A stretch of 37,514 bases of DNA from Octopus bimaculoides (Eukaryota), in the NCBI RefSeq assembly GCF_001194135.2, contig NC_068984.1, positions 144,194,536 to 144,232,049 of the forward strand. The letters are read 5' to 3'. This document shows, one piece after another, positions 1 to 10,479 of the stretch; position 1 is the first letter of the stretch, and each line of letters starts with the position of its first letter. A model generated the notes under the pieces. The model was not told where the DNA came from. It worked only from the letters and a program-made list of their open reading frames with translations, and searched no databases. The position numbers and the translations under genes are program-made.

Positions 1-205
1 AGATAGTTCATTTAGTGTCCAGTTAAGGATGTTGTAGCTGTAGCTTATAACTGGGACAGCTAAAGTGTTGATACCCATTATCTTGTTTTTAGCATTGAGT
101 TTTGTTTTTAGTATTGATCTGACTCGTCTATAGTACTCTTTCTTTATTTTTTCTTTCATTTGTGTGTGTTGTATCCTATCTAGTTCATTGACTCCTAAAT
201 ACTTG

Positions 206-577
206 TATTATTATTATTATTATTATCATTATTATTATTATTATTCAGGTCACTGCCTGGAATCGAAATTGGAATCTTGGGGTGAGTAGCCCGGGCTCTT
301 AACCACTACACCATATGCCCATAGTGGTTAAGAGCACAGGCTACTAGCTCCAAGATTCCGAGTTCAATTCCAGGTAGTGACCTGAATGATGATAATAATA
401 ATAACATCAAAAAGTACCTTAGGAATGAGAGCCCAGGTTCGAAATTTCCCCAAGACACCTGATGAAGGCTGGAGGGTATAACAGCCGAAATGTTGTGTTA
501 ACAACAAACAAGATGAGGACAAATATCCATCAAATGTAAATAATGTAAATAATTCCTCATCTCTTAAATATAGAACT
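206..577 (+). mobile_element. tRNA-head plus hammerhead-tail repeat, preceded by an inverted copy of its own head
   Basis: Arms 243-308 and 322-387 are imperfect inverted repeats, extended by (TTA)n and (ATA)n. A-box-like TAGTGG and B-box-like GAGTTCAATTCC are present. The tail is shared with the 12.9 kb and 34.5 kb copies. Confidence 0.8.
454..499 (+). ncRNA. Minimal type I hammerhead ribozyme motif, copy 1
   Basis: GACAC-CTGATGA-A-GGCTG(10 nt loop)CAGCC-GAAA-TGTT-GTGTT. Stem I is GACAC/GTGTT and stem II is GGCTG/CAGCC. The stem III palindrome ACGT is mutated to ATGT. Confidence 0.7.
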
Positions 578-604
578 GTAAAGTTCACAATATATTCAGC
601 AGAT

Positions 605-776
605 AATAGTAAATAGTTTTTATTTTAGAAATTATGAGAAATTAATTTTTAGTAATAATTAATAATCTCTACAAATAAATATTATTATTAAATTACTGTT
701 TGGTCCAGTTTAAACCAGCAATGACATTTCAAGCTATTAAAATACAATAAAATAATTTCATATCCTGAGGACATAC
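605..776 (+). repeat. ~170 bp AT-rich segment duplicated at 1320-1488
   Basis: Direct repeat with only scattered mismatches. Confidence 0.9.
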
Positions 777-1254
777 CTTGCAGTTTCATAAACCAGAACA
801 AATGTTTTACATTTAATTAGTAAATTAAAACAATGATTTAGTTAATTACTTTTAATCAGATATCAATATAAAATAGCAATTACAATAATAATTATATTGA
901 GAAAAAAAAAAAAAGCTGCCTATTTTCATGCAAACTAAGAAAAGTATTACAAAAATATAACCCCAGTGAAATGTTGAACTGATGTGAAATGCTGGTTAGC
1001 CTTGTTTGTGTAGCAAAAAGGGGGAATTTTCTAGAATGTAAGAAGAGCAGTTAAAAGGCAGGAACAAGAATAAAAAAAAAGGGGTTATTGGTGAGGCGGT
1101 ATTGCTTTGGAATTTTCCGATTATTTTTTTTTTTCCCCCTCCCGTCCGTCTTGAAAGCAGAAGCAGCTACTTGAGGTAACTTCTCTACTAAAGGAATTGG
1201 ACTATTTCAAAGAACTTAACTCACAGTTAATATATTCGCAGGCCATTTTCAGAT

Positions 1255-1705
1255 TTTTTTATTTATTTGTTTCAGTCATTAGACTNNNNNNNNNNTTGCT
1301 GAGCTGCTAAGTTACGGGGAATAGTAAATTGTTTATTTTAGAAATTATGAGAAATTAATTTTTAGTAATATTAAATAATCTCTAGAAATAAATAATATTA
1401 TTAAATTACTGTTTGGTCCAGTTTAACCCAGCAATGACATTTCAAGCTATTAAAATACAATAAAATAATTTCAAATCCTGGGGACACACCAACACTGGTT
1501 GCCAAGCAGCAGTGGGGGACAGGTACACACACACACATACACGCGTGTGTGTGTGAGAGAGGCTTCTTTCAGTTTCCGTCTACCAAATCCACCCACAAGT
1601 AGAACCCAAGACTATAGCAGAAGACACTTAAAGCACCATGGAGTGGGACTGAACCCAGAACCATGTGGTTGGGAAGCAAACTTCATACCACATAACCACT
1701 CCTTG
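1255..1705 (-). mobile_element. tRNA-derived SINE of a different family, interrupted by a ~170 bp insertion
   Basis: Shares GCTAAGTTACGGGG...CCAACAC...TCAGTTTCCGTCTACCAAATCC...GAACCCAGAACC-like motifs with the copy at 27235-27530. The head is at ~1640-1705 on the minus strand. Confidence 0.65.
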
Positions 1706-1754
1706 CACCAACGGAACACAGCTACATAGATTGGAACATTATCAGAGAACCGCC

Positions 1755-1996
1755 GGACTGGCCCTCGTGGCGGTGGCACGTAAAAAGCACCCACTACACT
1801 TTCGGAGTGGTTGGCGTTAGGAAGGGCATCCAGCTGTAGAAACTCTGCCAAATCAGATTGGAGCCTGNNNNNNNNNNCTGTAGAAACTCTGCCAAATCAG
1901 ATTGGAGCCTGGTGTAGCCATCTGGTTCGCCAGTCCTCAGTCGAATCGTCCAACCCATGCTAGCATGGAAAGCGAGCATTAAATGATGATGATGAT
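1755..1996 (+). mobile_element. (GAT)n-tailed short repeat (RTE 3' UTR-derived)
   Basis: GGCACGTAAAAAGCACCCACTACAC...AGGAAGGGCATCCAGCTGTAGAAACTCTGCC...CCAACCCATGCTAGCATGGAAAGC...(GAT)n. Multiple copies occur in the window. Confidence 0.8.
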
Positions 1997-2611
1997 GAAT
2001 ATCATTCCAAGGAGCTGCAACAACAGTAGTAGGGGTAGTAGTAGCAGCAGCATCAATAGTCTCTGTTCCATCCATGACCAACTCGACTGAAACCTAATCA
2101 CTAGTAGCTTATGGCTTACAATGGCTGCAGGGAATGGTTAGCATCCTGCAAAGTAGCCTAATGTGAGCCATTGGCTACAACAACTCATGCAAATTTAAGA
2201 AATTGCACACACAGCCAACCCATGCTAACAACAATGACAAAAGACAATATCATTACATATTTTTGATCATGAACAAAATAATTTAGGAAAAGCAATCACT
2301 TCCCTAGAACCATCCAACTTTGTAAATCTTTTAATTGTTTTTGTGATATCTTCTTCGTTTGCAAGCATTGAAACAGTGAGCAACAGTGGATATATTTAAA
2401 CAATGAGTTAAGTTTTGATAACGAGAGAGAGAAAGAGGGGAGGAAAAAAAAAGAGGGTAAATGAAAGGGGAGGAGGGGAGGGTGAGCCTGAGCTATGGTT
2501 GGGAAAGAGAACAGAATCCAGCGGCAGTTGTTTTCAGTCTATAAATACATATATATAAGCATACATATATACATATGCATTTATAATTTGTCTCTTTGGT
2601 TATGTACAAAC

Positions 2612-2653
2612 CTGCTTTCCGGAGTCCGGACCGAGAATAGTGAGGGATGCGTG
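2612..2653 (-). CDS. CAMSAP: Candidate 42 nt phase-1 small exon (RIPHYSRSGLRKA)
   Basis: Acceptor cattctatctatcttcctacag| and donor GCAG|gtttgt, the same donor hexamer as the 36485 exon. It is a GC/CpG-rich island in AT-rich flanks, frame-preserving and open. Confidence 0.6.
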
Positions 2654-3500
2654 CTGTAGGAAGATAGATAGAATGACACACTAATGCTGGCAGCAAAACA
2701 GCCACTTAGTCTAAACAGATCTGGGAACCTGGGTTTTAGTTCACATTCACTTTACAATAAAACAAAAACAAAATAAAGCAAAGTTTAAAAAAAAAAAATA
2801 AACACACATACATACACACACAGAAGAAGAAAAAAAAACACAGCAATCAGGCAATAAAAATTAAAATTATAATCAAATTAAATAATAAAATAAAATTTTT
2901 TTTATATTTATTACTCTGAGGAATATGGACAAGTATGTGTCCATATTGTCAAAGACTAAAACAATAAATAAATAAAAAGAAGCAACAACATTTAAACTGC
3001 CAAATATAAAAGAAGAATTGTTAAATAAACAGTTTTCCTCCATAAACTTGTGCTACACTGGATTAATTTGTCAGTCTTAAGTGTTGTCTTAATCAGTCGG
3101 TCTTGCTCTCACCTGTGTCACTGTTTGAGAGTGCCGTGGTTATCTCCCCTAACTTCACCTATAATAACAGCATCACCTTACGTGTGTGTGTGTGTGTGTG
3201 CGCGCGCATGTGCATTTAAAAAGTTATATCTAAACCAAACTGCCACTCAGTTACTACCATTCATTCACTGCCTGTGTGTGCGTATTGGGGAGGGTAGTTG
3301 ATTTAGATTAAGTTCCAAAAATGTGCAGGGGGGGGGGAATCAAAATTTTATCACATTTTTGTGCTATTTTCACCAAAAACTAGCTAACATCAAATTTGAA
3401 AGACTTTTACCAATTGCTTAAATTATGACTGAAATGATCACCCAACCCCTTAAAATCATTGTTGAAAGACACACCAACCCCTTAATTCTTCATAGACAGA

Positions 3501-3711
3501 CTTAATTCTTTTGATACCCACCCACCTGGGACATAGTTTTAAAGTGAACTAAATTAAAATCTTCCACCAAAATTTTGTGTTAATTTTGTTCCAGGCACCA
3601 GCTTAATAATGAAAAATAAATTTTTTTTTTTTAAATTTAATTCTTCATCATTTTAAAAATTAATCAAAACAAAAGAAGTGTTGTCAAGAGACATGATAAG
3701 AAAATGATTAA
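3501..3711. mobile_element. Decayed TTAA-bounded (piggyBac-like) MITE
   Basis: Starts TTAATTCTTTTGATACC and ends ATGATTAA. The body resembles 6049-6250, which starts TTAACCCATTTGATACC. Confidence 0.45.
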
Positions 3712-4137
3712 ATGATCACTGCAAAAAGACACCTCGACCCCCTAAATTTTCCCTGAAAAAACACTTCCAATCTCCATAAACCATCCCTGAAAGACTCCCC
3801 CACTCGAACCTCTACATCGTGTGGTAGCTTGAAGCTGTTCTCTCCAACAGAAACACAGAACCTGAAGAAACGACAAGAAACAGACTGCTTACAACTCCAG
3901 AGCATCAAACAAAGATGCCTTTTACACAAAAGCATTCATTAATCCAGTCTTGCAAACAGATTTAATTAATAAACCACTAACAAAAACTAAATATTTATAA
4001 ACATAGAACAGAAAACTACAACTAAAATAATCATAGATTCTTAACGAACGATTAAAGCTTCACTTATGAACAACTGTGGGACATATTAGCTGTTAACTAC
4101 AAAAGACTGACAATTATTGAAGAATTTGACAATTCAC

Positions 4138-4167
4138 TTGAGAACCATCTTCGTAAACTGGAGACTT
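4138..4167 (-). CDS. Candidate 30 nt phase-1 microexon (EVSSLRRWFS)
   Basis: Acceptor ctgctgacctcttctgaaag| (tandem AAGAAG) and donor TCAA|gtgaat. Frame-preserving, but both splice sites are modest. Confidence 0.3.
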
Positions 4168-4593
4168 CTTTCAGAAGAGGTCAGCAGTGGATAAAGGGGG
4201 GAGGAGAATGGTAGACAAACATTGAGTAAAATGAGGTGGTATCAGGGGTTAAAAGAAGATAGAATTGGGGGAGGAGGGGTGAAAAGGGGGGAACAATGGC
4301 GGTCGAACAAGGAGCAATGGAGGGTAAAAATTAAAAGACTAAAAAATGCGGATTATGTATCTTGATGGGTTTCATCACATGCAAACAAAAAGCAGTGCTA
4401 GATATAACAGATATCGTCAGTGTGTGTGTGTGTGTATGCATGCATGTATATGTATGTGAGTGTGATCATTACACCATTTCTAATCCCCTAACAGACACAA
4501 AGCAACATAGGGAAAAAAAAAAGAAAAAAAAATGACACTAAAAACTTAATATATGTATATATATACACGTTTCAAGAAGTGAGATAACTGTAC

Positions 4594-4626
4594 CTCTGGC
4601 TGGTCCTGGGCTGGATAAGCTTATCC
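4594..4626 (-). CDS. CAMSAP: Candidate 33 nt phase-1 microexon (GISLSSPGPAR)
   Basis: Acceptor ttttttctccatttcatctgttgcttag| and donor AGAG|gtacag. Frame-preserving and open in phase 1. Confidence 0.55.
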
Positions 4627-4953
4627 CTAAGCAACAGATGAAATGGAGAAAAAAAAGAAAGAAAGAAAGAAACAAGTAGACAACACCATGAAGATTATCA
4701 TTATTATTATTATTAGGGAACAAATTTATCCACATTATACAAGAGGGCAGATAGGGGAAGTAACAAAAAGTATAGAAAATCAAACAGGTAAATTAATTAG
4801 CAAAAGGCAGAATAGGTAACAAAAAAAAAAAAAAGCTTAAAGGGTTCGTCTAATTAGAGAAAGGCAGCAGAAATAGAAGCATAGTGTGAGCAGCAATGAA
4901 CACATAGAAAGCAAGGCTGATATCAGTGGCTAAGGGTCAGGGGACAGACTTAC

Positions 4954-4956
4954 CAG
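4954..4956 (-). CDS. Candidate 3 nt microexon (CTG)
   Basis: Context is tttaacttttgttttgcttgag|CTG|gtaagt: a perfect donor, a branch-like TTAAC, a pyrimidine tract and a UGC motif. The GAG acceptor is rare, which weakens the call. Confidence 0.25.
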
Positions 4957-5105
4957 CTCAAGCAAAACAAAAGTTAAATGACGAACCAGAATTTAGGGGT
5001 CAAAATAATTATATAAATATATATATATATAGAAGAGCTACTTTGCCAAAGGTCCAACACAACTAGTATCCAAAACTAAAACCATTTTCTGTGCAGACAA
5101 TATGC

Positions 5106-5107
<2 letters not shown>

Positions 5108-5163
<56 letters not shown>
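5108..5163. repeat. (TA)n microsatellite; others at ~11304-11339, 14600-14672 and 17602-17636
   Basis: Read directly from the sequence. Confidence 0.95.
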
Positions 5164-5168
<5 letters not shown>

Positions 5169-6048
5169 AAGCCGTTGATAAACTAACAAGTATTTTGCAT
5201 TGCTCAGAAATGGAAAAACTAACTTTTTTTTTTGATTTAGAAATAAAAGAGACAAAACCAAATGAAAAATGAGGCTGTGCAAAATATATTGTAAATATTT
5301 AATGGAAGGAGTGTGTTAACCAGAGGTGTCCAGATTATCAGGCTAGGTTTCATTAATAACATAACTGTACAGGTGTAATAATATAGACTAGAACAGTAAC
5401 AAGGTAACGGGATTATCAGGATAAATATATTTGATACATTTTGTGTGTGTGTATGTGTGAGTGTGTGNNNNNNNNNNNNNNNNNNNNNNNNNNNNNNNNN
5501 NNNNNNNNNNNNNNNNNNNNNNNNNNNNNNNNNNNNNNNNNNNNNNNNNNNNNNNNNNNNNNNNNNNTATATATAAAATACTCAACAGAGCTAAGTCAAA
5601 ATGAAACAACTACAGTTAAAAGTATGGCAACCAAACAAAAGTTATTGGAACTCATTAGCCACTTCTGTGATAACAGTAAGCAGGAGAAAATTAACTGACT
5701 GATTAACTAATCTAATATGAAGAATGGTAATTAAATCATTAGGCAATATTTGATCATCTTGAAAAATCTGTGGTTCTTTTAGAATCGAATACAGAAGACT
5801 ATCCAAAGCATAACAACCAACTTTTCAACATAATTTTACCTTAAGTTTTAACTCAGCAATTACTGACAGATCAAGGAGATGTGCAAATACTCGTTAGACA
5901 TAATTACCAAGTCTTGTTTAAATTAGTGAAACATTTTAAATCATGATGACACAAGTATAACTGATATGACAAGAAAGAATTTTTGAAGATATTTAAAAGA
6001 GAATTGAGACAGGAAACTCAAGACAAAAATTAAATTCTTTGCAACTAC

Positions 6049-6250
6049 TTAACCCATTTGATACCAATCCACCGGAGACCATCCACGATTCTCTGATACA
6101 GATTTCCTGTTTGGAAAAGATCTAAACCTTCCATCAAACATTCATGTTAATTTTTGCTCCAAATACCAGCTGCATAATGACTATTTTACTAAATTCTCAC
6201 ATTATTTCCAAAATCATTTGAAACAAAAAGCAGGATAATTAATGGTATAT
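6049..6250. mobile_element. Decayed TTAA-bounded (piggyBac-like) MITE, second copy
   Basis: TTAACCC start, with CTTCCA(T/C)CAAA...TGTTAATTTT...ACCAGCT...ATAATGA shared with 3501-3711. Confidence 0.45.
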
Positions 6251-6867
6251 TTATGAAAAAAATAATGCTTGTAAGTTGTAATTTACAGAAGACCAATACC
6301 AACAAGAGACTAGGAGCACTAAGCATATAACACTGAAATTCCTCAAGTTTCATTGTGTCCAGACAATAACCACTGCAAGAAGTCAGATGGAAGCAGCACA
6401 ATGGGCTACGTTAGATAACTGAAACAGAGAAACTGTTTTTAAGAATTATTTTGGGAAGAACCGAAGATAAAACAAATATGAAATCAATGATTTTAAAGAG
6501 ATTTACCTCATCAATGTGAAATAACAAAAATTTACATACTGATCATTGGACAACAGCCAATTGTAAATTTATTGAATAAAGAGCAGACGTTGAAAGGAGA
6601 GGGAAAGTCAATGAAGAGGTTGTGAACAGCAATGAATGAACTTTGACTAAGAAACAACCGATTGATTGTTTAACCAGCAAACTAAAATGATCAATTGGCT
6701 ATTGGTTAGATATTTAACCAACTAACAACTGATAATAAAGAAGTGATACTGAACCAGTGTCTGTGTTTATTATTGGCATAATGACCCTCCCAAGATTGAA
6801 TTAAGGTTTATAGTTTTTATAAACTTCACAAAAACTGACTAATTTTCTGAAATTTTGTTTATTCTAG

Positions 6868-6950
6868 AGAGAGAAGGGGGAGGGAAGAGAGAAGGGGAGA
6901 TGGAGAGGGGAGATGGAGAGGGGAGATGGAGAGGGGAGATGGAGGGGAGA
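6868..6950 (+). repeat. Polypurine 13-mer minisatellite (GGGGAGATGGAGA)n next to an N gap
   Basis: About four tandem units are visible. Confidence 0.85.
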
Positions 6951-7444
6951 GNNNNNNNNNNACAACAGGTGATTATCTTATTAGCAACCTGTAGCCAATT
7001 AGGATATTTTTCATAAATTGTGATATAAAAACAATGTTTCCATGGCAACAGTTGACAGATCATAAAACAATGGAATCACAACATAGAAAATAAATAGAAA
7101 ACAAACAAGAAGGACAAACAAGAAGGACAAACATTTTATATTTTTATTAACAAAATCCTGAAGATGGAAAATCAAGCTCAAAGGGAGGGGGGGTGACGGG
7201 GGTAAATTTATTGATTGAAAATTGAAATCCTGACAACACAGTGTCCCAGTTTTTCTCAAAGTGAAACTGACCTGATACATTAATTTGACAAGATGGAGTG
7301 GAGGCTACCCATTACAATCGGTTCCCTCAACTAACCACCACAGAATCTTCCCAGAAGTGTCTGCCAATGAACCCCTACCAAATGATACACTACCCAACAT
7401 TCAAAGACTTAGGTCAGTGCAACTATTTGAAAACAAACAAGAGC

Positions 7445-7800
7445 ACTCAGAGGGTGCAAACCTCCGCCAGGGCAACACCAACGATTAGCCAGAGATGATT
7501 TTTAAAATGAGAATATCTGAAATAAAATCGACTGCTCTCACAAACGAGAATACTAAAAATGAACCCGACCACTCTCAAAAAATAAGTAAAAAAACAGGAG
7601 AAATAATCCAGAATCCTTGTCTGGTACCGGATCAATCCCAAAATCTAATCAGTTCGTGCCAATCACAAGGCCAAACATCCCTGAAAGTTTCATTTGAATC
7701 CATCCAGCAGTTCCTGAGATATCTTGTCCACGGACAAACAAGCAAACAAACAAACACAACTGAAAACAATACCTCCACCTTTGCTAAGGCGGAGGTAATA
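7445..7800 (+). mobile_element. Helentron-associated (HINE/DINE-1-like) non-autonomous element, copy 1
   Basis: 5' subterminal ACCTCCGCC, an internal (CAAA)n microsatellite, and a 3' hairpin ACCTCCACC-TTTGCTAA-GGCGGAGGT. It is near-identical to the copy at 8237-8601. The family assignment rests on architecture only. Confidence 0.6.
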
Positions 7801-7809
7801 ATAATAAAA

Positions 7810-7950
7810 ATAATAATCCATTCTTATTTTAGCACAAGACCTGAAATTTGGTGGGAAGGGGACTAGTGGATTACATCAACCCCAGTGCAAAACTGGTAGT
7901 TAATTCAGCAACTCCAAAAGGATAAAGGGCTAAGTCAACCTCAGCAGAAA

Positions 7951-7982
<32 letters not shown>

Positions 7983-8200
7983 TACTGGTTTGAAATTTTG
8001 GTACAAGGACAGCAATTCCAAGGAAGGGATAAGTCAATTACATCGACCCCAGTGCATTACTGGTACTTAAGTTATCGACCCCGAAAGGGATGAAAGGCAA
8101 AGTCAACCTCAGCGGAATTTGAACTCAGAACGTAGCAGCAGACAAAATGCCACAAAGCACGTTGCCTAACGTGCTAACGATTCTACCAGCTCACCTCCTT
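7810..8200 (-). mobile_element. Two tandem Meta-like SINE copies joined by (TAA)n
   Basis: The family core (ATCGACCCCGAAAGGGATGAAAGGCAAAGTCAACCTC on the plus strand) occurs at ~7900 (degenerate) and ~8080. Confidence 0.8.
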
Positions 8201-8203
8201 AAC

Positions 8204-8236
<33 letters not shown>

Positions 8237-8237
<1 letters not shown>

Positions 8238-8601
8238 GCTCTCAGAGAGTGCAAACCTCCGCCAAGGCAGTATCAACGTCTTCTCAACGATTAGCCAGAG
8301 ATGATTTTTAAAATGAGAATTTCTGAAATAAACTCAACTGCTCTCACAAACGAGAATACTAAAAATGAACCTGACCGCTCTCAAAAATTAAGTAAAAAAT
8401 ACAGGAAAAATAACCCAGAATCCTTGTTCATTACTGGATCGATCCTAAAATCTAATCAGTTTGTGCCAGTCACGAGGTCAAACGTCCCTGAAAGTTTCAT
8501 CCGAATCCATCCTGCAGTTCTTGAGATATCTTGTCCACAGACAAACAAACAAACAAACACGACTGAAAACAATATCTCCACCCTCGCTAAGGTGGAGACA
8601 A
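8237..8601 (+). mobile_element. Helentron-associated (HINE/DINE-1-like) element, copy 2
   Basis: Same body as 7445-7800, with 3' hairpin TCTCCACC-CTCGCTAA-GGTGGAGA. Confidence 0.6.
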
Positions 8602-8820
8602 TAATTCTTTTTAATTCTGGCACAATGCCAGCAATTTTGAACGGAGTGGGCAAGTTGACTGCTACTTTATTTCATCAATCTCAAAAGGATGAAAGACAAA
8701 GTGGACTATGGTGAGATTTATAACCAGAATGCAAAGAGCCAAAAGAAATACTGGCTGGCATTTGGTTCAAAGTCCTAACGTTGGTGCCAATCCATCACCT
8801 TTAAAATACCAGCAACAATG

Positions 8821-9065
8821 GACACTAAAGAAATTGATAGAAAAAAAAAATGAGAAATATCAGGATTTAGCCAGAGAAATGAAGAGATTGTAGAAGACTA
8901 AAACAACAATTATTCTGGTGGTAAATTGGTGCACTTGGCATCCAAACTGTGACCTAAAAGACTGAAAGAAACTGGGGCTGAGGCTGACACAGTCACTCGG
9001 CAAATTGTGCAATCCTGTCTTCTGTAAGAATCCTAAGAAACATTCTTGAGAGTTGTTCTCACCAA
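8821..9065 (+). mobile_element. Decayed non-LTR retrotransposon C-terminus with a restriction-like endonuclease region (R4/Dong/NeSL-like)
   Basis: Translates to EKKNEKYQDLAREMKRL*KTKTTIILVV and, after a frameshift, IGALG. This matches the recalled K-Y-x-D-L...LW...IPxVIGALG motif. Confidence 0.6.
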
Positions 9066-9661
9066 ACCTCAAGACAACAAACCCTGCTAACAAATATAGC
9101 AAGAAACAGTTATAATAACAAATTAATAACATAATAACAACAATAAAACAAAATAATAATAATAATTATTATTATAATAAATTTTTATAGCTAGTTCAAT
9201 AAGGAGTAAAGTAAGCTAGATTCTGAGGAAATTAACGATGGTTAGTGTTGGTAAAAGAAAAAAGATAAGAAAAAACAACAAAAAAAAAGTGACATTTAAT
9301 AAAATTTGTAAAATAAGGTAAGTTTAATGCCGTGAGAAGAGATGAGTCGTGTTGTTTCTGGTCAAATCTTGGAAGTAATAAGGAATCAGGCATTTCTTAG
9401 ATGAAGAACTGCACCAGAAATATCGTAAATCATCACTTCTCACATCACACAAACTGTTTTTTCCTCATTTTCCAAACTCCAATAAAATAAGATGAGGGAG
9501 GAAACAAATGGCTGAATAATTTAAAAACTAAAAGGCGGGGCATTCATACGTCTGCTTAATTTATATTCAACTGGCTTAGATTTGCTAAGTTCATCTACAA
9601 ACTTTTGATGCTATGCTACCAAAGTTTAAGTCTGAACACCACTGGCTAATATCCAATATAC

Positions 9662-9760
9662 CTTTGCAGCAGCAAATGCCATGTTGTAAACCCATTTTGA
9701 TAACCTCCAATTGGGACGGTCCTGCAGGCCAGCTTGTAGAGAGCAGTGGCCCAGATTTAG
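9662..9760 (-). CDS. CAMSAP: Candidate 99 nt symmetric phase-1 cassette exon (SKSGPLLSTSWPAGPSQLEVIKMGLQHGICCCK)
   Basis: Long pyrimidine tract ttttatttgtatttttattttcctttttgaag| and donor AAAG|gtatat. Length is a multiple of 3 and it is open in phase 1. No homology was recognised. Confidence 0.45.
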
Positions 9761-10479
9761 CTTCAAAAAGGAAAATAAAAATACAAATAAAATCAGAAGA
9801 CAGTCATTACTCCGTCTAGTAAGATTAGGGAACTAAGGTGTCAGTAGGGGCCTTTGCAATGGTATCATCCTGAAAACAAAAGGTTTTTCATTTTTCTATT
9901 TTTCAAAGAACATTAATGATAGAGTAATCCAGTTTCTTGAACGATTAAAGAGTTAAGTTAATTATAACAGTTTTAATTACGACTAATGTGAACATTACAT
10001 GAACAAGGAAGTAATAATGTCAAGGAGTTATGTATTTAATAAGGGATGGACCCTAACACTTCAGCCACAACAAGCAGTCCACGACCAAGGACAGGATCCA
10101 ATGGTTAGCGAGAGAACAGAACACTCAGATACGAGGCCAAAGACATCTTTGGGTGTCTACCATTTATCTTCTCTCTAAGTTTTACTTAACAACCAAGGGT
10201 CACATTAACCCTTTGCCTGTCCTGTGTATTACATGGGATACACAGGGCACATCTCCCTGGCGTTCATGCATCATATACAATACACATCCCTAATTCTGCT
10301 TTCAATGACCAGAATAACTTGGGACTTGTGAAAGGAAAGTTTTATATTACTGAGAAGGTATGAAACAAGGGCTGGCGTTTATATATGATGCACAGGACAC
10401 TTGGCTGATAATCTAAGGTCACAATACATATAAATATATATAACCTACCAACTAATACAGTGTCAAAATACATTACTCA

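Noticed and set aside
1829-1910. Tandem duplication inside the (GAT)n-tailed repeat
   Set aside because: Identical sequence lies on both sides of a 10 N gap, which is typical of a scaffolding overlap artefact.
1-2600. CKK domain exons of CAMSAP
   Set aside because: No GPKL...SN...I.NA..HCCL-like coding sequence was found on the minus strand. It presumably lies beyond the left edge of the window or in an N gap.
7495-8714. Two similar ORFs starting MIFKMRISEI
   Set aside because: Both fall inside the duplicated non-autonomous element, diverge by frameshifts and show no recognisable domain.
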